DNA of 63,674 nt, counting the filler, from Octopus bimaculoides (lineage: Eukaryota), in the NCBI RefSeq assembly GCF_001194135.2. It is 6 parts of 6 records of this genome, joined end to end, with 100 filler letters (N's around TTAATTAATTAA, not from the genome) between each part and the next. Parts side by side here need not be neighbours in the genome. Positions count along the whole stretch, not along the records: positions 1 to 17,191 come from NC_068994.1; positions 17,292 to 37,724 come from NC_068998.1; 4 more parts are not named here. One strand, 5' to 3'. Below, one piece after another: positions 11,347 through 23,560 of this stretch. Under the pieces are notes generated by a model. It saw only the letters and a program-made list of their open reading frames with translations, was not told the DNA's origin and did not search any database. Position 1 is the first letter of the stretch; every line of letters begins with the position of its first letter. A program made the position numbers and the translations under genes.

Positions 11347-12240
11347 GCATGCACACATATATACACACACGCACACATATATAGACACACACGCACACAT
11401 ATATACACACACACATACACACACGCACACATACACACACACATACACACACGCACATAAACACAAGTACGCGCGCACACACACACACACGCACACCGAA
11501 ACCACCACAATCACCAACGCTTGACAATCGGTATTGGTTTACGATAGCGGTTCGATAAAAAACAAAAAAAAAACTGATAGGATAAGTACTCGACTTAAAA
11601 ATAATAAATACTAGAATCGATTCAAATTGGTGTTCGATTATGATTGCCGTCCAATGATTGAAACAAGTTAAAAATCAGAAAAATATACATACATACATAC
11701 ATACATGCATACATACATATCGAATCTCTACGTAGTTACACCAGTTGCTAGTAATAACAGTGAATCAAAATTTCCATTCTTAGAATAGAAGGACATTTGA
11801 TAGTGAAGTTAGGCATGCAATGTGCTTATAAACTCTGCTGGAATTGTTTTATTTTGGGGCCTGTTCAGTTACGGCTGACTTGAAATTGAACAACAACATC
11901 AACAGTCATGCATGTAGACGCCTAAATAAGCATATCCACAAATATATACACAACTATTATTTTAAATATATACCACATGTTTAGAGATGCAGAATAAAAG
12001 GATGTTTGTTCAGTTACAATAAGACGTCGCTAGAAGCTGTCTGTAAAAAAAACTTATATATTCACGAAAGTTATACGTTGTATATGGAAGTATGACGGAA
12101 TTGTGAAGTACCCCACTACACACACACATACACCTTCCTAACTCCCTCATAGAACTGCATTCCCATTTGCCCTTCAATTCCCCCGTTTTTTCCTCTCCAG
12201 CCACTTTTCTCATTCACTCTCCTTTATTCTCTTCTAGATT

Positions 12241-12276
12241 TCTTCTGATGAAGAGTTAGTGTCCGAAACATCAGGA
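12241..12276 (+). ncRNA. Minimal type I hammerhead-like motif (decayed)
   Basis: UCUU-CUGAUGA-A-G...C-GAAA-CAUC-AGGA: intact core boxes, 4-bp stem I, weak stem II, AUC triplet. Confidence 0.5.
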
Positions 12277-12709
12277 CTTTCCATTCTTATTAAATGCTAA
12301 ATTAATATAAATTGTCATCTTTGCTTTAGTGTCCATTGCCTTCATTATATACATACATACGCTCACAGACAGATAAACACACACACACATGTATATGTAC
12401 AAACAAACGGTAAGGGCTGTTAAGCCATGACGAGGTGAAGTGGTGAACGCTGGAGAAACGAGCTTTGAGAAGATATAGGCAAAAGCACGTCTTGTCTTTA
12501 GGAAGGAAGTGGAAGAAAGAAAGATAGATAGCCGTTGGTCACGTGTGAGCAACGGGAGAGTCAAGGAGGAAGAGTGAGGGAGAGAGGGAACGGTGAAGGG
12601 GAAAGGAGAAGAATTAGAGAAAGGGTGAGAAAGAAAAACAGAAAGGAAGAACAAAAGAGGGAGATAGAATAGAGATAGGTTTTAGAGTGCGCATGTATAT
12701 ATGCATGTA

Positions 12710-12768
<59 letters not shown>

Positions 12769-13041
12769 TGTAAAAATAATAAGGGTAGAAAATTTCGAGA
12801 AATATTCTACCGGTGGCCAGTATGTGTAATAAAGTCAATAGACAACATACTTTTCATATAAATTAGTCTAGGGGTAACTATAGAAATATTTTATTTTTCA
12901 TTCCCCTTGAAATTACTCTTATTCGTGGTTTGGGCTTTAACTGCCCTTTCCAACATGTAAGGTGTCCTGTTAAAGGTCACCTCTTTTGTGTATAAATACG
13001 AAGACTAATTTATATATATATACATATAAACATAGACGTAC

Positions 13042-13142
13042 CACTGTATACTCCAACACAATAAAGGTTATGTGTAGGTGGTAACAGTGCTATGGGTGAG
13101 GACTTGGTGCCCCTGCCTTCATCCGCTGCGTCTGGGACCCTG
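13042..13142 (-). CDS. Candidate internal exon (101 nt) RVPDAADEGRGTKSSPIALLPPTHNLYCVGVYS
   Basis: Acceptor ttcctttcacAG, donor GTacgt, exactly one open frame; unique sequence between microsatellites. Confidence 0.3.
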
Positions 13143-13919
13143 CTGTGAAAGGAATCGCGAAAGGTGCAATAAAGTTTTACACCATATATATTTATGCTCT
13201 TTCTTCTGCAACCTTGCCACCGAGGAAATTGCTGTTCAGAAACAAACACCAAAGATTTAATCACGAAGAGAGCATACATACATACATACATACATACATA
13301 CACACATACATACATACATACATACATACATACATACGTACGTATATACATACTTACAAACATANNNNNNNNNNNNNNNNNNNNNNNNNNNNNNNNNNNN
13401 NNNNNNNNNNNNNNNNNNNNNNNNNNNNNNNNNNNNNNNNNNNNNNNNNNNNNNNNNNNNNNNNNNNNNNNNNNNNNNNNNNNNNNNNNNNNNNNNNNNN
13501 NNNNNNNNNNNNNNNNNNNNNNNNNNNNNNNNNNNNNNNNNNNNNNNNNNNNNNNNNNNNNNNNNNNNNNNNNNNNNNNNNNNNNNNNNNNNNNNNNNNN
13601 NNNNNNNNNNNNNNNNNNNNNNNNNNNNNNNNNNNNNNNNNNNNNNNNNNNNNNNNNNNNNNNNNNNNNNNNNNNNNNNNNNNNNNNNNNNNNNNNNNNN
13701 NNNNNNNNNNNNNNNNNNNNNNNNNNNNNNNNNNNNNNNNNNNNNNNNNNNNNNNNNNNNNNNNNNNNNNNNNNNNNNNNNNNNNNNNNNNNNNNNNNNN
13801 NNNNNNNNNNNNNNNNNNNNNNNNNNNNNNNNNNNNNNNNNNNNNNNNNNNNNNNNNNNNNNNNNNNNNNNNNNNNNNNNNNNNNNNNNNNNNNNNNNNN
13901 NNTGCTTTTTATCTTTGTA

Positions 13920-13982
<63 letters not shown>

Positions 13983-14089
13983 GTGTTGTGAAAGTAGTCA
14001 AACTCAAACTGGGCAGATCAAATAACAATATGGTTGCCAAGTTGTCTAACTGAAGCATTTGCTTGTCGTCGTGAATGCATTGTTGGCGA

Positions 14090-14200
14090 GTCTTACCCCA
14101 CCAAATAGGGGAGTCACGTGAGCGAACAGGCATGCAGGAAGAGCAGCGTTTTATTTTTTCTGTGATGAGTCGTCGCTGCAATAGGCGCCATATTTTACTA
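14090..14200 (-). promoter_or_regulatory. Promoter/first-exon-like segment
   Basis: YY1-like aatatggcgcc, E-box tcacgtga, local CpGs and a strong minus-strand donor gg|GTAAGA near 14097. Confidence 0.2.
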
Positions 14201-14689
14201 CTTTAATCTTACTTCCTTTATTTTTCCCGTCATTTCTTTTAATCTCTCCCTCGTTCTTTTAGTAGTTCCCTTTCCCATTTTCCATCTCTCATTCTTCCCT
14301 CCTTCGTCCCTTTTTTGCTTCTTTGATTCCAATTGTTTTTGTTTCTTTTTTTTTGGTTTCTTTCTTTCTCCCTTTTCTTCTCTCTCTAGTCATTTTTCCT
14401 TTCGCTTTTCTTTCAGGCTTTCACTCATTCCTTTTTTCTTCCCCTCTCATTCACTCTTTTCCTTTTATTTTCTTTCTTTCTCTAATTTAATCCCTGTCGT
14501 TATCCTTCGTTTTCTCTTCTCTCTTTTTTCTTCCTTAATTTTACTTTGTTTTTCCTTCTCTCACTCATTCATTCTTTTCTCTTTTATTTTCTTTCTTTCT
14601 TTCTATCATTGCCTTCTTCCTTTTCCCCATTGTTTGTTTCACTTTTCTTTCTTTTTCTCTCTTTATCATTCAACAGTGGTACTAGCATT

Positions 14690-14865
14690 GGTGGCGAGCT
14701 AGCAGAGTCATTAGCTCGCCGGGCAAAATGCTTGGCGGCGTTTCGTCCGTTCTGAGTTCAAATTCCGTCGAGGTCGACTTTGCCTTTCATTTTTTTCGGG
14801 GTCGATCTAATCGACTTACCCCCGCCACTGAAATTGCTGGCGTTGAACCAAACTTCGAAACCTGT
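14690..14865 (+). mobile_element. SINE family B
   Basis: ggtggcgagctagcagagtcattag...gagttcaaattccgtcgaggtcgac. Confidence 0.85.
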
Positions 14866-14869
14866 ATTG

Positions 14870-15170
14870 GTGCTAGCATTGCAAAGCATTGTGGGTTATG
14901 ATTTCATTCGATGCAAAGAGCTTTGACTTCCAAATATCTTCCAAAGTCGACTGAAGTATTCCTTTGATATTCTGGCTGTTCTCACATCATCAATATGTGC
15001 AATATTTTCGTGGCTCCTACGTATTTCTACCATTTATCAGTGGTGTTAGGCAAGATAGGCAGGTCATTGATATCCATATTCCATCCCTGGTCGGCAATCC
15101 TACCGAATACCAAAAACGAACACTTAACCTGACTAAACTCATATCGCCTGCCGAATGATCAGAAACATGT
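14870..15170 (-). pseudogene. R4/Dong-like RT fragment (region after YxDD)
   Basis: Frameshifted EFSQVKCSFL...DINDLPI...KYVGxDENI...RISKEYFSRLWKIWKSKLFASNEIITHNA. Confidence 0.7.
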
Positions 15171-16191
15171 AACTCGGATTACAGGAATTATGAGTCATTC
15201 AGTTATGATAATGTATTAACAGATACATTACCTTCATATATTGAGTTCAGTAATTTACCGTTTCTGGTCAATTAACAGCGACTTATATATGCACGTATCT
15301 GCCTGCGCGCGCGTATGTGTGTGTGTATGTATGTACGTACGTAAGTATGTATCTATGCATATATGTCTGTCTGTATCCCTCTCTCCTCTGTCTGTCTCTC
15401 TCTCACTTTCTACCTCCCTCTCTCTATATATATATATCTGTATGCATTGATACATGTATGTGTGGCTGTAAATGACTAAGCAGGCCGAAATTTCTAAGTC
15501 ACTGTCAAGAACTATTCGTGTTAATGAATATTATTTACTCTACAAATGTTATTGAGGAATCCTTCCAAATTGTCTTTAAACTCGACACAAAATCATACAT
15601 ACATACATCTGTATATATATATATATATATATATTCCACTATTCCACAATATAAACTCGTGTATATCGTTGGCGATTTTTTCTTCCTCCGTCTTTCCCTT
15701 CTTTGGACTTTCTTTGTTTCCGACGAAGAGCTCCGCTCGAAACGTCAAGTTCTCTTTCTTTCCTTTCCCAAGCGTCCAGTAACACAATCTGTATCACGTC
15801 CTCGCGTTGTTGTTGTTTTTTTTTTGTTGTTTTTTGTCGTTTATCTTTTTTGAACGAATATATATATATANNNNNNNNNNNNNNNNNNNNNNNNNNNNNN
15901 NNNNNNNNNNNNNNNNNNNNNNNNNNNNNNNNNNNNNNNNNNNNNNNNNNNNNNNNNNNNNNNNNNNNNNNNNNNNNNNNNNNNNNNNNNNNNNNNNNNN
16001 NNNNNNNNNNNNNNNNNNNNNNNNNNNNNNNNNNNNNNNNNNNNNNNNNNNNNNNNNNNNNNNNNNNNNNNNNNNNNNNNNNNNNNNNNNNNNNNNNNNN
16101 NNNNNNNNNNNNNNNNNNNNNNNNNNNNNNNNNNNNNNNNNNNNNNNNNNNNNNNNNNNNNNNNNNNNNNNNNNNNNNNNNNNNNNNNNNN

Positions 16192-16236
<45 letters not shown>

Positions 16237-16574
16237 TATGTATGTGTATATAGGTAGAGAGCTAAGGTACTTTTGTTAATGTCGTTGACATTGTTACTTT
16301 CCCCATTTTCTATACCACATGCATATGTAGGTACGTACATGTCTGGCTGTATTGTGTGTGTGTGCGTGTATGCGTGTGTGCCCGTGTGTGTGTCTATATA
16401 TGTGAGTGTGTTTATGTGTGTATGTGTGTGTGTGTGCGTGTGTGTGATTGTAAGAATTGTTTGATTATTCCTGCTGGGAACTGAAGAGTCTAATGGCATC
16501 TCATTATTATGTAAGCAGCCGTGTCTCCTGCAGCAAATATGTATATATGCTTGTACATACGTGCACGCATAGAC

Positions 16575-16626
<52 letters not shown>

Positions 16627-16636
16627 NNNNNNNNNN

Positions 16637-16696
<60 letters not shown>

Positions 16697-17050
16697 ATGA
16701 GGGAGGGAACGATGTGCGTGAATGACAGTATAAAATTGTAAAACTTAACGAGCGTGCCAAGCAGAAATTGAACTTACATCCTTCGAATTCCAGCCGAATG
16801 TTTTACCAATTACTGTACTGTCAGTGCCTTAATTGGTTTACATTTATAGCATACATACATACTTACATATACATACATACTTACATATACATACATAAAT
16901 GCCTACGTATATACATGCAAGCGTACATGTATTTACCCAGTGAAATATAGTCATGATGCCAGACATTAACCAGATGGAATATAGACAGACGCGTGCGCAC
17001 ACGTACACTTGAAAATACATAAACGAAAAAGCACCCCCCTCTCTTTCTCG

Positions 17051-17111
<61 letters not shown>

Positions 17112-17148
17112 CGTGTGTGTGTGTGAGTGTGTGTGTATACATATATAT

Positions 17149-17191
17149 AGTTGGGAGAGCGTTAGACTGAAGATCTAAAGGTCCACTGTTC
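17149..17191 (+). pseudogene. tRNA-Phe(GAA) fragment
   Basis: agttgggagagcgttagactgaagatctaaaggtcc matches eukaryotic tRNA-Phe from D-loop to variable loop; anticodon GAA at 17169-17171, stem ttaga/tctaa. The 5' end is replaced by (TA)n and the 3' end runs into a gap. Confidence 0.8.
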
Positions 17192-17290
17192 NNNNNNNNN
17201 NNNNNNNNNNNNNNNNNNNNNNNNNNNNNNNNNNNTTAATTAATTAANNNNNNNNNNNNNNNNNNNNNNNNNNNNNNNNNNNNNNNNNNN

Positions 17291-17460
17291 NATATATATA
17301 TATTATATATATATTATAGATAAAAGATATATATATATATATATTATATATATATTATAGATAAAAGATATATATATATATATATTATATATATATTATA
17401 GATAAAAGATATATATATATACATATATATATATTATAGATAAAAGATATATATATATAC
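17291..17460. repeat. AT-rich minisatellite, about 4 copies of (TA)n-tatagataaaagat
   Basis: Direct repeats of agataaaagat spaced about 40 bp apart. Confidence 0.85.
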
Positions 17461-17465
17461 ATACA

Positions 17466-17506
<41 letters not shown>

Positions 17507-17520
17507 GTATGTATATATAT

Positions 17521-17711
17521 ATATCTTTTATCTTTTGCTTGTTTCAATCATTAGACTGGCCATGCTGGGGCACTGCTGAAGAAAAATTTTAATCAAACCA
17601 GTCAACCCCAGTACTTTTTTTTAAGCTTGGTACTTATTTTGTTGGCCTCCATTATTGAACTGTTAAGTTATGGGGATGTAAATGCACCAACACCAGCTGT
17701 CAAATGGTGGT

Positions 17712-17715
<4 letters not shown>
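17521..17715 (-). mobile_element. SINE family A 3' tail
   Basis: cttttgcttgtttcaatcattagactggccatgctggggcac... Confidence 0.75.
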
Positions 17716-17753
<38 letters not shown>

Positions 17754-17953
17754 GTGTGTGTGTGTGTGTAAATGAAATGTGTGCATCCATGTGTTTGGTT
17801 GGCAGTTAATGGCTAGTAATATGTTCAGTATGTCTCTTTAATTACTAATATAAACACTTCTTTTAGATTCTCTTCGCCTAATTAGTGACTTACTAAACGA
17901 GCGACTTAACATATATTTCCATTAAGTGCTCTTTCAATTCTTTTATTCTCTAA

Positions 17954-18116
17954 TTATGTTGTGCCATTCCTCTTTGTCAACCCAGCAAAAGATGGAGGTC
18001 GGTGGTGGAGCTGTTGTAAAGCAGTTAATGTGTCTTCAATGTTGAGTTGGGACTGAAAAGGATTCGGGTTCAAATCTTGAAAGGATGCATTAGAATACTG
18101 GGGCACTGGAGGAGGT
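17954..18116 (-). CDS. Candidate terminal coding exon PPPVPQYSNASFQDLNPNPFQSQLNIEDTLTALQQLHHRPPSFAGLTKRNGTT*
   Basis: Polypyrimidine acceptor ttttttttctgccaacacAG, protein-like open frame, stop, then AATAAA at 17947-17942. Not identified. Confidence 0.35.
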
Positions 18117-18574
18117 CTGTGTTGGCAGAAAAAAAAAACATTGAATAAAAATTGTATCATGTGGAGAGTGGTGGTGGTTGTTATACAGTTTCTCTCTCTT
18201 CTTCTTCCTATTTTCTTTATTTATACATTCTCTCCCCCTCTCTGTCTTGCCCTCTTCCTCCCCTCTGTCCATCCCCCTCTCTCCTTCTCACAAACTTATT
18301 TTACAAGGTTCAAATCTTAAACTGATCAATTACTCTCTCCCCCTCCCCCCTCTCTCTCTTTCCCATGCACTTACTAACTCGTTTTCTCTCATCTCCCCCC
18401 CCCCTCATCCTCTTGACCATTCATTCACACTCTCTCCCCCTCACACTCACTCACCCTCCCTTGTATCTGCTGTCCTTCTCACTCTCAGAGGACCGAGATA
18501 TGTGACACATTGCAGTACCCAAGAGGACATGTCCACCACAACAGAATTGATTTCTTAAAGCCAAAGTGTCATGT

Positions 18575-18815
18575 ACAAAAATATTTGGTGTTGGTGCCAT
18601 ATAAAAAAGTGGTTTGTGGTTCCACATTAAAGGGACCCAGTCCACATTCGGTAAAATGGTTGGCACGAAGAAGGGCATCCAGTGGTAGAAACCAAGCTGA
18701 AATGGACAATGGAACCTGGTGCAGCCACTGGCCTTGACCGTTCCTGTCAAGCTGTCCAACTCATGCCAGCATAGAAAATGGACAGTAAATGATGATGATG
18801 AAGATGATGATGGTG
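18575..18815 (+). mobile_element. RTE-tailed repeat (family H) with (GAT)n tail
   Basis: ggttggcacgaagaagggcatccag...tccaactcatgccagcatagaaaatggacagtaaatgatgatg; related copies at ~20540-20735 and 62690-62770. Confidence 0.65.
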
Positions 18816-19848
18816 ATGGTGATGACTTTCAATCACATTCATTTGCACATTTGCACTCAATCTCTCTTACATTCAGACTCTCTCTCTCTCTCTTTTATTC
18901 ATCTACACACTCTGGCATTCATACTCTTTCATGTGCATACTTACTCTTTCACTCATTCAATGGCACACACACACACACACACACACACACATTCACACAC
19001 ACATGCACACACACACATGCACACACACTCATCCATTCATACATTCTCGTTCTCTGAGACACCACACTTACTCATTCCTTTTTGCACACAGCCACTGCTC
19101 ACTCTCTCTCTCTCTCATTCTCTCTCTCTCTCTCTCTCATTCTCTCTCTCTCTCTCTCATTCTCTCTCTCTCTCTTTCTCTCACCGACACACACCACACC
19201 ACACCACACCACACTCAGCCAGTGTCCCCCCCATTCACCCACTCACACACCACACTGACTTCTTTAACTAAAGTTACACAAATGTCTTCCACTAAAATTC
19301 TACCTTCTTCATGGACCATTGAGAACTAATAGCTTTGACCTCTCTCCAGTTAAAGAGTTATTCATAATTAAATGNNNNNNNNNNNNNNNNNNNNNNNNNN
19401 NNNNNNNNNNNNNNNNNNNNNNNNNNNNNNNNNNNNNNNNNNNNNNNNNNNNNNNNNNNNNNNNNNNNNNNNNNNNNNNNNNNNNNNNNNNNNNNNNNNN
19501 NNNNNNNNNNNNNNNNNNNNNNNNNNNNNNNNNNNNNNNNNNNNNNNNNNNNNNNNNNNNNNNNNNNNNNNNNNNNNNNNNNNNNNNNTAATTGAATATG
19601 GGCGGAATGTGATATGTATGTATAATGGTCGTGGGAATAAAAGTAATTCGTTAATTAGAAATGTTTGTTTAATTGAACCATTTCGATTTTAATAAATTAA
19701 TGAAATTATTAATGGTCTAATTAGAATATTGGTTTGTTATATGATGCGAGGTGTTGTTTAAAAAAAAAAAAAATTAATTATGGGAAATAATAACAGTTAT
19801 GCCCTGATAGAATTTTGAATTTACAATGGCAAAGACTGAAACGGTCAG

Positions 19849-19881
<33 letters not shown>

Positions 19882-19904
19882 TAATAATGATAATAATAAT
19901 GATG

Positions 19905-20290
19905 GTTTCAGTTTTTGGCACAAGGCCAGCAGTTTCAGGGAAGGGGTAAGTAAGTCATTTACATTGATTCCAGTGTTCAACTGGTACTTATTTCATCAGC
20001 CCCGAAAGGATGAAGGGCAAAGTCGACCTCAGTGGAATTTGAACTCAGAATGAAAAGATGGACGAAATGCTGCTGAACATTTTGTTTGGCATGCTAATGA
20101 TTCTGCCAGCACCATGATGATGATAATAATAATAATAGTTTCAAATTTTGGGGGAATCAATTATATCGATCTCAATATTCAACTGGTACTTATTTTATCG
20201 ACCCCAAAAGGATGACAGGTAAAATCGACCGTGGCAGAATTTGAACTCAAAACGTAATGACAGGTGAAATACCACGAGATGACTATTCAG
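19905..20290 (-). mobile_element. Two tandem SINE family B copies
   Basis: caaagtcgacctcagtggaatttgaactcagaa at ~20020 and aaaatcgaccgtggcagaatttgaactc at ~20220. Confidence 0.8.
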
Positions 20291-20849
20291 TCGTTTTGCA
20301 AATCTGCATAGTTTGAAGCAGAGGTGACAGACGAAAGCTGTGACTTGTGCACTTCTAACTGGTCCAGGTCTGCTCATGTCACCGCTCTTTCATTGCTACA
20401 TATGACTTTCAATACATAGAATGATGAACAAGGTCACCATAAAGAGAGAGAGGGAGGGAGAGAGTGACCTACATGCATGCATCACACATACATACATGTG
20501 TGTGTGTTTGTAACTCCTTGTAAATGAGTATTGTCATGTCATACAAGCACAGTCATTCATTTCCAATTATCCCTGAAAACATGACTGGCCGTCAGGAAAT
20601 ATTACCTTACTTGGAAATGGGTAAATATTGGTGACACGAAGGACATCTGGCCATAGAAATTGTCCCTTAGTGAATCCCATCTGACCTATGCATGCATGGG
20701 GAAGTGGACCCGAAATGATGATGCTAAATATATACAGTACACACACATTATTTGGTGTGTGAATATACTTGGATACTTAGATAAGTTTCAGCCAGAATTG
20801 TCCCAGGCCATGGCTATCTTAATAGCACCACCTGAAAAAGATTATCTTT

Positions 20850-21180
20850 CATATCAGAATCATTCTTTAGGCACCATAGGCCATTTGAGTAAAGAGTTAT
20901 TGTTTGCAGAGATACATCTGGATGCTGCTGGTTTATCTGGAATTCGTTGGAGATATCCATCCAGGAACCATTTGGATGTCATGAGATCTTTTTCTTCTCT
21001 TATGTGTCTTGGCATAATATTCAAGAGAGCCATGCCAGTTGAGGTGAAATAGTTGTCTTAGTGTTGTGATGAAATGCAAGCATGGTTTTTGTAGAGGACA
21101 GATGGCATATATGTGTGTGGGTGTGGGTGTCTCATTAGAAATTCGATAATTTGTATCAATATTTTTCATTGAAATCAATC
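20850..21180 (-). pseudogene. CR1-group LINE ORF2 C-terminus
   Basis: FTSTGMALLNIMPRHIREEKDLMTSKWFLDGYLQRIPDKP resembles the FxxxGxxLFNxLPxxIR...FKxxLDxYLxxIPDxP motif. Confidence 0.6.
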
Positions 21181-21964
21181 AGGTATCGGAGAAATGTGAG
21201 GGGAGGTAGTGGTGGAGGGAAGGCTGAATAATATTTCTGCATTCTGTGCTAGTTTCTACAGAAAAGTCTACAGTCACAGAAAACCTTTTGTACTAAGTCA
21301 CACACAATGACAACAAACTCTGAAATTTCCTCTTGACTGATCTGTGAGAGATTTCAATTCTTTGTTTGTTAAATACAGAATACCAATAATAAATAATATC
21401 AATAATAATATTAATAATAATAGTGATAATAGTAATAATAATAATTGTAATAGTAGTAGTAGTAATAAAAGATGGGTGGCGGGTGTAGTTAGTAAAAAAA
21501 AAAATGGAATTTGATATTTGTTTTTTGATTCTTTTTTCTCCCTTTTCTCTGTCATTTCAATTTGAAAATTCTTAGAGTTTAACCTTTCTCATACTTGGCA
21601 TATTTGAAAAATAACAAAACAAAAAAAAAAAAGCCAAACAAAATTAGGACAAAAAAAAAATTTGTGAACTGAATACAAAACTGATATTTAAGGCCAACAT
21701 ATTATGTTGAGTATTAAATGTAAACCACTTGCAGACACACACACACACACACACACAGGTTTTTACATGTAAGTTTTAATAAACGGACAAATCATAAGTT
21801 ATATTTTTTCTTTCTTTTTACTGGTTTGGTTTTCATTGTAACAACCACAGCAGCCAGTTCTAGAGTTAATCGTTGTTGGTCTGAAGAAATGTTTACCAAT
21901 TGGCATTAATGGTAAGCTGCATATGGCAGAGAAGCTCAGATCCTTTTCTCTCTCTCTCTCTCTC

Positions 21965-22257
21965 TCTTTATTCTTTTACATTCTTTTACATGTTTTAGTC
22001 ATTTGACTGTGGCCATGCGGGATCACCACCTTTATATATTTATATATATATATATATATTCATTCTTTTATTCTTTTACTTGTTTCAGTCATTTGACTGT
22101 GGCCATGCTGGAGCACCGCCTTTAGTCGAACAAATCGACCCCAGGACTTATTCTTTGTAAGCCTAGTACTTATTCTATCGGTCTCCTTTTGCTGAACCGC
22201 TAAGTTACGGGGACGTAAACACACCAGCATCAGTTGTCAAGCGATGGTGGGGGGGGA

Positions 22258-22262
<5 letters not shown>
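21965..22262 (-). mobile_element. SINE family A tails (short plus long, tandem)
   Basis: gtcatttgactgtggccatgc occurs twice (~21998 and ~22068). Confidence 0.8.
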
Positions 22263-22294
<32 letters not shown>

Positions 22295-23269
22295 GTGATG
22301 ATAAGGTGTCTGGTAATTGATGAGGTTAACAGGCCACCATTGAAGACTGTCTTTTATTTGAAGTATTGGGGACAATACACCTACAAGGTCTAGCCATGAT
22401 AGAAATTTGAACCCAGCATGGCCAGCTAACAAACACTCATCACTTATATAGTGCTCCCATTGTTTACATCTGATATGTTTACATATTGTACTTGTTTACA
22501 TCTTGATCATCGTTTTGTGACATTTGAAGGTCAGGTGTGCTTGTCAAATTGTACAGCACGTTTGTGTGTGTGTGTGTGTGCGTGTGCGTGCGTGCATGTG
22601 TGTGTTTCGGATAGGTGTAAGTATGGCCATATGTATGTAATGTGATACAGCTTGTTGACAATTCTGACTGGCAATCTGACAGCCCTACTAACATGGGGTG
22701 TTAATCTGGCACCCCTGTTAACATAGGGGGTTAAGGTCTGTAACTGACTCTGCTGACCTGCTTGCCTATTTCTCCACGTGTGTGTGTGTGTGTGTGTGTG
22801 TGTGAGCAAACCCTTGTTTTGTTATACTGTCATAGTTGTAAATGATTATCACTGTCATTCCTGAGGCTAAAGAAAAGTGACATTCTCTCAAGAAAGGTTG
22901 GATTTGAACCCAAGGCCCAAAGAACTGGGTTAAATAGCACAAGGCTGGCATTTCCTTCAGTTCCACTAATCCATCATCGTGGTTTGGTTCTTTATTTTAT
23001 TGACCCTGAAAGGAGGAAAAGCTAAGCTGACCCCCAACAAGATTTAAGTTGCTTGTTGCTGCTTGGGGTTCCTCAGAGATGTCTTCTATCACTTGTGACC
23101 CCTTGAGATGTCTTCTGTAAATTTATACCCTCCGTTTTTTTTTTTTTTTGTAGACTTGAGAAAGATGTATGCTATAGCATGTGGACCATGGGTATCCCAA
23201 CATGTGTTGTCCTTCTCCCCCACCCTCTCTCTCTCCCCCACGCACATCTAGGACCACATTTTCTCCAAT

Positions 23270-23560
23270 GTATTCTTCATTGGGATTTGAGGGAAATTTG
23301 TCTGCTATTTCTAGCAAAGAAACTTTATAGAGGTACTCTTACTAATGGTTGTTCAGCCCTGAGTTGATTCCTGGTTCTCGAGAACTAATTATCAAATATA
23401 TCCCAACTGTGACCACCCTGTCTTATTTTTTATTTAGACACAACTTATCTAGAATTACATTATTCAAGGGGTCCTTCTTATTTTAAGACTGTGGAGTGTG
23501 AAGTAAGGGAATATTAGATTCTATTTTTAGCAAGTTGGGCCACCACACAAAGGGACCTTC
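23270..23560 (-). mobile_element. Interspersed repeat family F
   Basis: gctatttctagc / ctagaaatagcagc motif; related copies at ~27930, 33820-33990, 37395, 42470 and 60420-60600. Confidence 0.55.

Noticed and set aside
17236-17247. TTAATTAATTAA islands inside N runs (also 37769-37780, 47077-47088, 52896-52907, 59574-59585)
   Set aside because: An identical 12-mer with stops in all six frames, centred in similar-sized gaps, is an artificial scaffolding linker rather than biology.
20290-20410. Minus-strand frame ADLDQLEVHKSQLSSVTSASNY as an exon
   Set aside because: All frames from the plausible acceptors hit stops, and the 3' part runs into a SINE.
21850-21912. Plus-strand exon candidate PVLELIVVGLKKCLPIGIN ending at GTAAGC
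   Set aside because: An equally plausible minus-strand reading exists and no homology supports either; too ambiguous to call.
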